A stretch of 61,899 bases of DNA, counting the filler. It is 5 parts of 5 records of this genome, joined end to end, with 100 filler letters (N's around TTAATTAATTAA, not from the genome) between each part and the next. Parts side by side here need not be neighbours in the genome. Positions count along the whole stretch, not along the records: positions 42,374 to 56,111 come from SRR31156797_28885; positions 56,212 to 61,899 come from SRR31156797_28903; 3 more parts are not named here. One strand, given 5' to 3'. Below the pieces are notes generated by a model. It searched no databases, was not told where the DNA came from, and worked only from the letters and a program-made list of their open reading frames with translations. Both the position numbers and the translations under genes were made by a program. Shown here one piece after another: positions 52,177-61,188 of this stretch; within the stretch, counting starts at the first letter, position 1; each line of letters starts with the position of its first letter.

Positions 52177-53415
52177 TTATGCTTTTTCCAGAATATGGAT
52201 GCACATGGCTGCTTCTTCCACTCCTATGTTGCCCCCGCCGTTTTCAGCCAGGGCGATACGGGCGCCTTCAACCTGCCTTTTACCGGCCTGGCCTCTCAGC
52301 TGCTCCACAAGTTCGTAAATCTGGGCCAAACCCGAAGCCCCTATGGGGTGGCCGCGGCATTCCAAACCCCCGCTGGTATTGATGGGCTTTGAACCGCCCA
52401 GGGTTGTGGCCCCGGATTCGGCAAACGGCCCTCCTTCGCCGGCCGGGCAGAAGCCCATGACCTCGGTCTGGTGCAACTCGCCGTACGCGGTGGCGTCATG
52501 CAGTTCCGCCAAATCAATATCATCCGGGCCGAGCCCCGCCTTTTCATAAGCCTGCTTGGAAAGCCGTTCGCCTATATCCTCGCCGTCCATATCCCGTTCC
52601 GCGCCCTGGCCCATTATTGAAGCGCGAATTTTTATCGGCCGGGCGCCGGTCAGCTTTTTCAAAAAGTCCTCCGAGCAGACGATTGCCGCTGCGGCGCCGT
52701 CCCCGACAGGGGCGCACATGGCCCGGGTGAGGGGATAAGCCACGGCCCGGTCCGCCAGTATCTGTTCAACGGTCATGGGCTGCTGATACTGGGCCAAAGG
52801 ATTTAGTGAACCATGGTAATGGTTTTTCGAACTGATGACCGCCAGGTGCTGCTGGGTCGACTTGAACCGGTCCATATGCCAGCGGGCCATCATGGCGTAC
52901 GCATCCATGAAAATGCTCCGTCCCTGGCCGGGCGCCGACTCGCCTTCCGGGAGCTCTACTTTAAAGGACTGGCCCATCTCCATGAGCATGTTGATATGCG
53001 GTTCGAAGTTTTCAACATCCATGCAATAGGCATACGCGGCCAGGGATTTGGCTTTGTCCGGGCTGGTGATCTTTTCCGATCCCACGGCAATGGCCACCTC
53101 GAACATGCCGGCCCTTATGCCTGAATACGCCAGATGCAAGGCAGTGGAAGCGCCGGCGCATGCGTTTTCCACATTTGTGACCGGAATCCGGTCTATGCCC
53201 ATACTGCGGAAGACAACTTGCCCCCTTATGGAATGCTGGTTGTCGAACATGCCCCAGAAGGTGTTGGAAAAATAACCGGCCTGTAGATCGGCTTTTTCCA
53301 ATCCCGCATCCTGAAGGGCCTGGTTAATAACTTGATGAGCCATTGAGCGTACGGAATCATCCGGATACTTGCCGAATCTATTCATTCCCACGCCGATAAC
53401 ATAAACGTCTTGCAT
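52177..53415 (-). CDS. SCP2-type thiolase family protein
   Basis: NVENACA, C.PVGDGAAA, ELHDA, GHPIGASG, ENGGG. Confidence 0.92.
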   Translation of the reverse strand: MQDVYVIGVGMNRFGKYPDDSVRSMAHQVINQALQDAGLEKADLQAGYFSNTFWGMFDNQHSIRGQVVFRSMGIDRIPVTNVENACAGASTALHLAYSGIRAGMFEVAIAVGSEKITSPDKAKSLAAYAYCMDVENFEPHINMLMEMGQSFKVELPEGESAPGQGRSIFMDAYAMMARWHMDRFKSTQQHLAVISSKNHYHGSLNPLAQYQQPMTVEQILADRAVAYPLTRAMCAPVGDGAAAAIVCSEDFLKKLTGARPIKIRASIMGQGAERDMDGEDIGERLSKQAYEKAGLGPDDIDLAELHDATAYGELHQTEVMGFCPAGEGGPFAESGATTLGGSKPINTSGGLECRGHPIGASGLAQIYELVEQLRGQAGKRQVEGARIALAENGGGNIGVEEAAMCIHILEKA

Positions 53416-53471
53416 AGGTTTCTCCTGGAATGCCCGGGCCGATAATTGATCGCCCCGTTCGTTTTTATTCT

Positions 53472-54665
53472 TCAGGTTTTGGGCAGCCCCTTAACATAAC
53501 ATTTTAAAGGCATGTCATTCACCAAAGCCCCAACGCATTTGTTACAGGATTCGCATGCTGCTTCCGTGGTTTTGCCTTCCTGGATTCTCTTGACCAGAAA
53601 AGGCTCGCGAATGAAAGGCCGGCACATGGAAATAAGATCGGCCTGGCCGTTTTCCAAAACCTGCTCCATGTGCTCCACCCGGCGCATGCCGCCGACCAGG
53701 AAGAGCTTTGTCTCGCCTATTACCGGCCTCATCTTTTGGGCGTAAGGCAGGTTCCAGGCTTCTTCAAAATCGAATTTGCCGACCATGCCCTTTAATACAA
53801 CCCAGGCCAGGGGCTTCTGCCACATGGGCAAGGGCCTGACAAACTCGCTGACCGGCACCTCGCCCCGCCACATGTGCATGTTGGAAAAAACTGTTGTACC
53901 GGTAGTGAACTCCAGGCCGTCGACTCCCAATTCGGACAGCCAGCCCGCGTATTTCACGGCCAGGTCAGGAGTAATTCCATCTTTGGGGGTAAAGTCATGA
54001 GCATTAAGCTTCATGACCAATGGCATGCCTTCGGGCATATGCTTCCGGGCCGCCGATACTATTTCCTTTACAAACCGGAAGCGGTTTTCATCCGACCCTC
54101 CCCAACTGTCGGTTCGCTGATTCAGATAGGGCGACAGAAACTGGTTGGGCAGGTAACCCGCCCCGGCGCTGATGTGGATGCCGTCAGTACCGGCTTCCAC
54201 GGCCCGCCGCGCCCCTTGGCCATAGGCTTCAATCACTTCATTTATTTCGTCTTCGGTCATTTCCCTGGGCTTGACCATGTACATGGGGTCACGGCCGACG
54301 CTGGAAGGCGCCATTGGCTGGGCCCCGATATTGTCTTTAGTTGTTTGCCGGCCGGCGTGAGCCAGTTGAAAACAGGCCAGCGACCCATGCTCGTGTATTG
54401 TATCGGCAAGGCGGGTCAGGCCGGGAATCATGTCATCGCTGTGGATGCAGGTCTGGTGGGGAGTGGCTTTGCCCATAGGGTGAACATTCATATAACCGGG
54501 TATGATAAAAGCAACCCCGCCCCGGGCGATATTTTTGTACCGGTCGATCAGTTGATCGGTGACCCGGCCTTCAGAATCAGACATGCATTCGTACGTGCCG
54601 GCATGGACAAAACGGTTTTTGAGCTCCAAGCCTCCAACTTTTTGGGGTGTAAACAGGATGGACAT
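53472..54665 (-). CDS. NADH:flavin oxidoreductase (Old Yellow Enzyme family)
   Basis: LKNRFV, QLAHAGR, GYL.NQFLSP..N.RTD.WGG, RPFIREP, CESCNKC. Confidence 0.92.
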   Translation of the reverse strand: MSILFTPQKVGGLELKNRFVHAGTYECMSDSEGRVTDQLIDRYKNIARGGVAFIIPGYMNVHPMGKATPHQTCIHSDDMIPGLTRLADTIHEHGSLACFQLAHAGRQTTKDNIGAQPMAPSSVGRDPMYMVKPREMTEDEINEVIEAYGQGARRAVEAGTDGIHISAGAGYLPNQFLSPYLNQRTDSWGGSDENRFRFVKEIVSAARKHMPEGMPLVMKLNAHDFTPKDGITPDLAVKYAGWLSELGVDGLEFTTGTTVFSNMHMWRGEVPVSEFVRPLPMWQKPLAWVVLKGMVGKFDFEEAWNLPYAQKMRPVIGETKLFLVGGMRRVEHMEQVLENGQADLISMCRPFIREPFLVKRIQEGKTTEAACESCNKCVGALVNDMPLKCYVKGLPKT

Positions 54666-54693
54666 AGGACCTCCGTTATTTCGGGCTGAGTTA

Positions 54694-54715
54694 GGGGCCT
54701 GAAAGCTCAGGCCCC
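54694..54715. terminator. Intergenic stem-loop
   Basis: GGGGCCTGA-AAGC-TCAGGCCCC, no clear U tract. Confidence 0.5.
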
Positions 54716-54748
54716 ATAAAGTCCATGTTTGGCGACTTCTAATTCTCC

Positions 54749-55996
54749 TTAATAGGGCATGCGGGGATAGGTCTCGATAATCTTGTGCCCTGCGGCAATG
54801 GCAAGGGTCTGGTTGGAACCGTCCTCAATCAATGTAGCCCTGGCGTCCCGGAACAGTTTTTCTATCAAGTATTCCTTGGCCAGCCCGTTTCCGCCGAATA
54901 TCTGAATGGCTTCATGAGTATTCTGAAACGCGGCTTCAGTGCCCTGGATCTTGGCGAAAACAGAATACTCTTCCGCGGGCATTGACGTATTCTGGTTGTA
55001 AATGTACGCAGCCCTGGTGATCTGGCGGGCGACTTCAACTCTCCTGAGCATGTGGAACAGGTTCATCTGGATGTGGCTGTATTCGATCAGCGGTTTGCCT
55101 CCCTGGACTCGCTCCTTGGCATAAGAAAGCGATTCCTCGAAAGCGGCCCTGGCTATTCCGGATCCAAGCGCCCCCATGAGACAGGTCGTGGCCGAAAGCG
55201 TAATCTCAAGCATAGCCTCGTACGCTTCAGGCCCGGCCACCAGGTACGATTCGGGAACACGTACGTCGTCAAAGAAAATTTCGCCCTGGTTCAGGTCCCG
55301 CTGGCCCAACTTGTTGAGAGGCTTGCCCTTGGATACGCCGGGTCGGTCCAATGGAACGATGAATATGCCGCTGCCGGCATGCCCCATGGATGGGTCTACC
55401 TGGCAGTACAGGGCGCAATGGGTGGCAATAGTCCCGCCGGACACCCAGGATGACTTCTGGCCGCTGATAATGTATTCATCCCCTTCACGGCGGGCTCGGC
55501 AGTTAGCCGGAATGCCCGAATCATGAAAACTCGGATATCCTGGAATCAGAGTGTCCGAACCGTGATCCGGCTCGGTGATGCCCCAGCAGCCCCGTATGCT
55601 TGCATCTCTGCACTCGCAAAAGGGCACAATGATGTCATCGATGATATCGTCTTCAGGCACCATGCTGGCTATAAACGCTGGAAAAGCGCAAACCGCCAGT
55701 TGAACGGCCATGCCGGCGCTGCCCCAGCACAGTTCTTCAAAAATTATGACCTGTTGTAATGAAGTAAGGTCCATGCCGCCGTACGATTCCGGGATCAGAA
55801 TGGTATGATAACCCAACTCATATGCCTGTTTGAGAAAATCCCACATCGGGGAGCCGTCGGCAATGACTTCTTCCGGCGACATTTCGTCAAGTTCCTTGGC
55901 TATGGGCCGCATCACCTCTTTGGCGAATTTATGGGCCGCTGTTTTTAATGCCAGGTCGTCCTCATTAAGATTAAGGTCCAGGTCCAGAAAATCCAT
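54749..55996 (-). CDS. Acyl-CoA dehydrogenase
   Basis: ITEPDHGSD, GQKSSWVSGG, KLGQR, R.QGGKPL, QIFGGNG, FRDAR...IEDG. Confidence 0.95.
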   Translation of the reverse strand: MDFLDLDLNLNEDDLALKTAAHKFAKEVMRPIAKELDEMSPEEVIADGSPMWDFLKQAYELGYHTILIPESYGGMDLTSLQQVIIFEELCWGSAGMAVQLAVCAFPAFIASMVPEDDIIDDIIVPFCECRDASIRGCWGITEPDHGSDTLIPGYPSFHDSGIPANCRARREGDEYIISGQKSSWVSGGTIATHCALYCQVDPSMGHAGSGIFIVPLDRPGVSKGKPLNKLGQRDLNQGEIFFDDVRVPESYLVAGPEAYEAMLEITLSATTCLMGALGSGIARAAFEESLSYAKERVQGGKPLIEYSHIQMNLFHMLRRVEVARQITRAAYIYNQNTSMPAEEYSVFAKIQGTEAAFQNTHEAIQIFGGNGLAKEYLIEKLFRDARATLIEDGSNQTLAIAAGHKIIETYPRMPY

Positions 55997-56027
55997 TTTG
56001 TCCTCCTAAAACGGTATAACGGTGTGG

Positions 56028-56111
56028 TTATTCTTCTTTCTTATACCGGGCCTCGATCTGGTCGGCGTACTTGACGACGATTTCAGGAATCTGTTCGTAC
56101 AGGATCGTCTG
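56028..56111 (-). CDS. C-terminal fragment of an unidentified upstream gene
   Basis: Open frame QTILYEQIPEIVVKYADQIEARYKKEE* co-oriented just upstream of the acyl-CoA dehydrogenase. Confidence 0.55.
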   Translation of the reverse strand, partial: QTILYEQIPEIVVKYADQIEARYKKEE

Positions 56112-56211
56112 NNNNNNNNNNNNNNNNNNNNNNNNNNNNNNNNNNNNNNNNNNNNTTAATTAATTAANNNNNNNNNNNNNNNNNNNNNNNNNNNNNNNNN
56201 NNNNNNNNNNN
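56112..56211. other. Artificial contig junction
   Basis: N spacer with TTAATTAATTAA. Confidence 0.98.
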
Positions 56212-56389
56212 CTGGACCATCAAAGAAGCCTTGCTCAAATACCGGCGCACCGGTTTAAAGAATTCTGCAAAAAAAATTGAATGGCTGGATGAAACACTGT
56301 ATGAAAATCATGACCTCATTGATGACGTTCTAGTAAAATCGTACCGCCGGGATAAAATTGTTTTTTCGGTGGTCTTTCCATTTTTATAG
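56212..56389 (+). CDS. 4'-phosphopantetheinyl transferase, C-terminal fragment
   Basis: Own translation from 56213: WTIKEALLK...TGL, matching the WTxKEAxxK signature; stop at 56387-56389. Confidence 0.75.
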
Positions 56390-56504
56390 CCTGTTTAAGA
56401 ACGGTTCCCAAGTTTTTTATGATCTCTTGTGAAAATATGCTGCGAAATCATACGATTATGATTGCAATTGTGAACTGCTTTTATACCGCCGGGTAAAAAA
56501 GTGT

Positions 56505-58004
56505 TTAGGATGGGTTGGCAAGCCTTCGGGATCTGTCTGAAGAAATTTTATATTTTTTGAGTATGCGTGTATTGGATTTTTCGACAGCCTGTCGGTTTAA
56601 AACAATTTTGAATCCTCTGATATCTTCTATAAGGTGATAATCCTTTTTACAGTTTTCAAAAGCTGCGATCAGATCCAGGAGAGTGACAATTGGTCTGCCG
56701 TTTACCTTGACAATGATGCCGTTGATAAATTGGTGGTAACCTATATTGACATCGTCGGGCAGCACCTGGGCCAGCATAACGACTTCCTTTTTGTTTTTTT
56801 GAGGTCTGCCGTTGTAAAAAAGATTGATCAATTCTGTGGGGGCATTCAGGTGAAAATTACTGCCTGACCCATATTCATAAAGATAGTTCAGGGTCAGGGA
56901 CTCAAAAACCAGGCCGCCAATAATATAAAATGAGGGTTCTGTATTATACTGTCTGTAAGGCACCAGGCGGCAGCAGTGCATGGAGCGTGTGAGGGGTATA
57001 TCAATGATGATGGGCCTACCCTGTCTGAGCACTTTTATTGAAACAGTATCGTTGATCTGTTTTTGTTGAACTGAAAATCCAAGATAGGTTCGTTCACCTT
57101 TGCGAAATTCAATGGTACCGTCATTATCAATATCATTGTTGTCTATGCTTAGCAGTATGTCGTTGATTTCCAAATACCCAATGGCTGGTGAATCCGGATA
57201 GATGGCATTGATCAGGACACCGGTCTGTGAATCCTTCATCTTGTAAAATATTCTCATATCGCTATTCTCAAGTTTCTGCATGGATACACCAAGTTCCGGT
57301 ATACCGTCCAAGCGGTTGTCTGAAATATCCTTGAGAAAACGTTCAATCACGGGGACAGGAATCATGTAACCGATATTTTCCAACTCAATACCGTAGGCAT
57401 TCTGGAAAGCGATGCCTACGATTTTACCATCTTTGAGTACCGGACCGCCGCTGTTTCCATGGTTGATGGAAGCGTCAAGCTGGCAGGCAATCAGATATGC
57501 ACCGCTGTGTTTATACTCTTTATGTTCCACGCGGGATACCACTCCTTTTGTGATGGACAATTTATCTCCGCCTTCGGGAAACCCATAGGCATAGACTTCA
57601 TCTTTGATATGGGAAAAGTCGCCTAATTCCAATGGGACTACACCTTTGAAAAACGTGGGGTCATTTACCTTGAGCAGTGCCAGATCGCTTTTATGATCTA
57701 TCATGTCCACAACTGCAGTATAGCGTTTAGCTTGGCCGGTTTTGCGAATCTGTAAAAATGTGTTATCACAAACCACATGTGCATTGGTTAAAATTTTGTT
57801 TCCTTTGATGATAACCCCTGAACCATGCCTTGAAGCAATGCCCTTCATCTGCCACGGCTCGTGATAGTTGTGCTCACTGAATACCACATATATTTTGACC
57901 ACAGTGCTTTTTTCATCTGTTGCAAATCCGGTGGCCGGGGATAAAAAAGAAAATAGAAAAATCAAACATGGGATGAAATTGAAAAGGCAGTATATCTGTT
58001 TCAT
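56505..58004 (-). CDS. Secreted Deg/HtrA-type serine protease (trypsin plus PDZ domains, Deg2/Deg9-like)
   Basis: Signal peptide, LTNAHV, DLALL, GNSGGP, two PDZ-like regions. Confidence 0.92.
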   Translation of the reverse strand: MKQIYCLFNFIPCLIFLFSFLSPATGFATDEKSTVVKIYVVFSEHNYHEPWQMKGIASRHGSGVIIKGNKILTNAHVVCDNTFLQIRKTGQAKRYTAVVDMIDHKSDLALLKVNDPTFFKGVVPLELGDFSHIKDEVYAYGFPEGGDKLSITKGVVSRVEHKEYKHSGAYLIACQLDASINHGNSGGPVLKDGKIVGIAFQNAYGIELENIGYMIPVPVIERFLKDISDNRLDGIPELGVSMQKLENSDMRIFYKMKDSQTGVLINAIYPDSPAIGYLEINDILLSIDNNDIDNDGTIEFRKGERTYLGFSVQQKQINDTVSIKVLRQGRPIIIDIPLTRSMHCCRLVPYRQYNTEPSFYIIGGLVFESLTLNYLYEYGSGSNFHLNAPTELINLFYNGRPQKNKKEVVMLAQVLPDDVNIGYHQFINGIIVKVNGRPIVTLLDLIAAFENCKKDYHLIEDIRGFKIVLNRQAVEKSNTRILKKYKISSDRSRRLANPS

Positions 58005-58109
58005 TTTAACCTTTTAGGCCTCATGCATAAAACTGAGCCTTCCAAGGAAAAATTTCAAGGTCAGCTCATCAGGTTGCAAAAACGAAAAGTGGGAGTCAAA
58101 AAGTTTATA

Positions 58110-58406
58110 TCATTTGATATTTAGAAATTGTTTTTTTAGTTGATTCTTAAATGTAACGGATTTCTCGTTGGATTTCATCAGGCGGCTGAATACCGTTTTG
58201 GTTTCACCGGTGGCTGTGTCAATGACAAAGGCGCCGACCAGTGCCCCGCCATCAACAGGGGATGTGGCCCATGATTGAAGTTGAAATCGCCCGTAATTAG
58301 GTGGAGGAGGCGAATTAATCGCCCCTATAAACAATATACAGAACAGAGTTACTGCAATACCCAGAATAAAAAATTTTATTTGGGAATTGTGAAAAATTGT
58401 TTTCAT
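58110..58406 (-). CDS. Small membrane-anchored or secreted hypothetical protein
   Basis: N-terminal hydrophobic helix, GRFQL, FVIDTATGET motif. Confidence 0.7.
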   Translation of the reverse strand: MKTIFHNSQIKFFILGIAVTLFCILFIGAINSPPPPNYGRFQLQSWATSPVDGGALVGAFVIDTATGETKTVFSRLMKSNEKSVTFKNQLKKQFLNIK

Positions 58407-58445
58407 TATTTGCTGTCTCCCGCACCAGCGTTTATCAGGTTATTT

Positions 58446-59195
58446 TTATTGACTCTTGGCGAAATCGTCTTCCTGGGCACCAAACCCCTGGACCTCAATC
58501 ACCTGTCCCGCGATACCGATTTCTTTGCCGAGTATGGCAGTCGCATCTGCTACATTAAGGATCATGGTCATGTATGCATCACCGTTTTTCTCCCATCCAT
58601 GGTCCGATACCTCGGCAAGGTAAAGCGTTGCCAGCAGCTTGGTTTTAACAATATCGGATTTCAATATGAAGTTTTCAATACTTGTCTTCGATTCAACTTT
58701 CATACCCACAATACGCCTGGCAAGTTCGAGATAGGCGTTTATTTCTGCCGCCCTGAGTGCGGCAATGGCACCGGCACTGGAAGCTGTAGATGTCCCGTAA
58801 CCTACCCGTTTAAAAATTTTGTTCTGCAGGTTCATATGCTCTCCGTCGATGTTTTGAATGCTGGGAAGCTGAACCTCGGCCTCGACTTTGGCAATGTCCT
58901 TTTGGGGATCATAGGAGATACTGGTAAACTGGATATTATTTATAAACGCTTCGGTTTTGGTCTCGGTAACACTTTGATACTTCGCTGCAATCATGTCCAT
59001 CACTGATTCCGACGCCCTGATTTTAAGTCCATAAACGGATTCTACAAGGGAACGAGAGGCTTGAATTTTTGCCGCCATAATGCTCATCAAGCGTTTGTTG
59101 CCTGCCCAGGCAGAGGGAATGCACCCTAACAGGAAAATTACCGAGACTATCATAAATAAACAGGTTTTATTTTTTTTATTTTTAATCTGCATCAT
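58446..59195 (-). CDS. Exported protein with two LPP20/FlgP-like domains
   Basis: Internal duplication: AAKIQASRSLVESVYGLKI and RAAEINAYLELARRIVGMKVESKTSI; signal peptide with possible lipobox LLGC. Confidence 0.75.
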   Translation of the reverse strand: MMQIKNKKNKTCLFMIVSVIFLLGCIPSAWAGNKRLMSIMAAKIQASRSLVESVYGLKIRASESVMDMIAAKYQSVTETKTEAFINNIQFTSISYDPQKDIAKVEAEVQLPSIQNIDGEHMNLQNKIFKRVGYGTSTASSAGAIAALRAAEINAYLELARRIVGMKVESKTSIENFILKSDIVKTKLLATLYLAEVSDHGWEKNGDAYMTMILNVADATAILGKEIGIAGQVIEVQGFGAQEDDFAKSQ

Positions 59196-59548
59196 TCCAT
59201 CTCTATCTTTAGGGTTTGAGTTTTAATCTGATTAGCATTTTTTTGTTTTGTTGTTTTTATTGGCGACTCTGATGTCGGGGTCATGTCAATTTGTTTTTCA
59301 ATGATTTTTACCTGTGGGTCGTTGCTGCTTTCTATGACAATGGCTTTGTACTTTACGGTGCCGCTTTGGGGGATATCGGGAAAACCGCTGACAATCTCTT
59401 TATTCACCTTATCCAGGTCTTCTACCCGATTTTCGACATGTTTTTTATTTCCTGCCCAGTCAAGGGAAGGAAATAAGAGGGTACCCAAAAAAATACAGGC
59501 ACTAATGAAGCCCATCAGGCAGATGTTTTTTTTACCAGTCATCATCAC
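59192..59548 (-). CDS. Small exported hypothetical protein
   Basis: Signal peptide ending in WA; overlaps both neighbouring genes (translational coupling). Confidence 0.7.
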   Translation of the reverse strand: MMMTGKKNICLMGFISACIFLGTLLFPSLDWAGNKKHVENRVEDLDKVNKEIVSGFPDIPQSGTVKYKAIVIESSNDPQVKIIEKQIDMTPTSESPIKTTKQKNANQIKTQTLKIEME

Positions 59549-60911
59549 TTAACATCCTGCCGATTCCGGCACCTGCCTTAATGCCAGGCTGGGACCTGGG
59601 CTTAGGTTTGGCGTGTGCGGTGGGTTTGGGTGCTGGTATCTGGGGAATTGCTGCCGACTGGGTCTCTGCCGGCTTGGGTTCAGGTGTCGCTGGTACTTGG
59701 GGTTCAGCAGGTACATACTTGGGTGTTTCCACAATAACCTGGGAGGCTTCTTGGTTTACATATTCCTGGCCGGATGCCAGTATAGTATTCAACTGGTTCC
59801 GCCTGGCAAGGGTAGACTCATCAATGGGAATATCAGAATAGATTTTCATGAATGTGTCAAACCCGATGACACTTGAACCAGGCGTAAATTCTGGGTCAAT
59901 GCCCTGAAATGCCGCTTGGGTCGCCGGATCAATCCGGCCGGTAAGGTAGACTTCATGCCCGTAAAGATATGCCCATTGCTGGGCCGCCATAATCCGTTCA
60001 GTATCGTCGATGCTGTAATAGTATCGTTTGATCTGCTTGACCACAACTTTATCCGGTTTTGTATCGTCACCAAGGAGTTTCCAATAGGGAAGTGCAAGGT
60101 ATTTTCCCACCATCTGGATCATGCTGACTTGAACCAGCACCCTTACGGCTGCATGTCTGCCCTGTACCTTTTTAATAGAGCCTTTTCTGCCGAAGGTGGG
60201 GCCAAACAGCGTTATACCGAATTCTTTTTCCCTTAATCCTTTACGGACTTCCATGCTGTTCACCGTATTCATTCGGGGTATTCCGGCCATGGTTTTAAAG
60301 TCGAGCATATTAAAATCTAAGGTAATTCTGGCAAGTCCCTGTTTTCCTGAATTGCTGTAGTCTAGTCCAACAGAACTGCTTGGGGTCCAACTCGGGGCAT
60401 TGGTGAAACTTGCTTCAACACCGAAATCCGTGCCGTCCCCACGGGTTTCAAGACCCCTGTCAAATTCAGTGATGCCGCCGCTAATGACGACCTCCGGAAT
60501 CAATTTTTCTGAAAAATCGGAGTACCCTGTGACATTCATGTTCTGTATGTATGCGGGATCATAGGGAATATATTTTATATATCCGCCGATTGAGTTCAGG
60601 GTACTTTTTAAAATTTCGGTAATATCCCGCGGTATTTCGCCGCCTGTTGATCTTGCGGTTCCTGTATTATCACCCACAGGATCACTTTGAATTTTAAGCT
60701 CCCCGGTATCGAAAATTTCCGTCATTAAACCCAGGTCGTTCAAGGTTTCTGTGTAAGACGTCAGTTTAACTTCAGGTCCTGTTTTTTCCAAAGTGATATC
60801 CACATTTTTAGGATCCACAGAAGATACACACCCGGTCAGTGTTGTCCCGATAAACATCACACACAGCACTTGAGCCACCCAGTTCTGCAGACCTAAAAAA
60901 AATTTAATCAT
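59532..60911 (-). CDS. CsgG/HfaB-like lipoprotein with peptidoglycan-binding-like segment and Pro-rich tail
   Basis: Lipobox LTGC; D.TG, ISGGITEFD, two predicted beta-hairpins, ITLDFNMLD..T, AAVRVLV; later Q..(Y)G...TGRIDPATQAA; start ATG 60911. Confidence 0.72.
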   Translation of the reverse strand: MIKFFLGLQNWVAQVLCVMFIGTTLTGCVSSVDPKNVDITLEKTGPEVKLTSYTETLNDLGLMTEIFDTGELKIQSDPVGDNTGTARSTGGEIPRDITEILKSTLNSIGGYIKYIPYDPAYIQNMNVTGYSDFSEKLIPEVVISGGITEFDRGLETRGDGTDFGVEASFTNAPSWTPSSSVGLDYSNSGKQGLARITLDFNMLDFKTMAGIPRMNTVNSMEVRKGLREKEFGITLFGPTFGRKGSIKKVQGRHAAVRVLVQVSMIQMVGKYLALPYWKLLGDDTKPDKVVVKQIKRYYYSIDDTERIMAAQQWAYLYGHEVYLTGRIDPATQAAFQGIDPEFTPGSSVIGFDTFMKIYSDIPIDESTLARRNQLNTILASGQEYVNQEASQVIVETPKYVPAEPQVPATPEPKPAETQSAAIPQIPAPKPTAHAKPKPRSQPGIKAGAGIGRMLSDDDW

Positions 60912-61188
60912 TTTTATCCCCAATTTGACCTCAATTAATTTATTTTCAAATTGCTTCAGCACGCTTTCATCTATTCAGGTATGATTTCGTAACCAGGGGA
61001 AATGAGTATCTGGATCCGTCCTGACGGCTGCTAAGCGACTTGGAAAAAATAGATACCATATATTTTGAGCCGAATTTTTATTGGTATTCAAGGCGCGACT
61101 CAGGAGAACGTGTTGAATATCCAGGGTTTTACGCTGAAGAATACGGATAAAAATCAAGTAAAATAGGAGGATTATTGTCTCCTCACCC

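Noticed and set aside
18148-56211. Four identical TTAATTAATTAA motifs within N runs as a biological repeat
   Set aside because: Standard all-frame stop linker joining contigs. Functional links across the gaps cannot be inferred, and ORFs running into the Ns are truncations or artefacts.
56212-56389. PPTase fragment as part of the fibre cluster or evidence of a PKS/NRPS here
   Set aside because: It is convergent to the cluster, and no carrier-protein or synthase genes are visible in the fragment.
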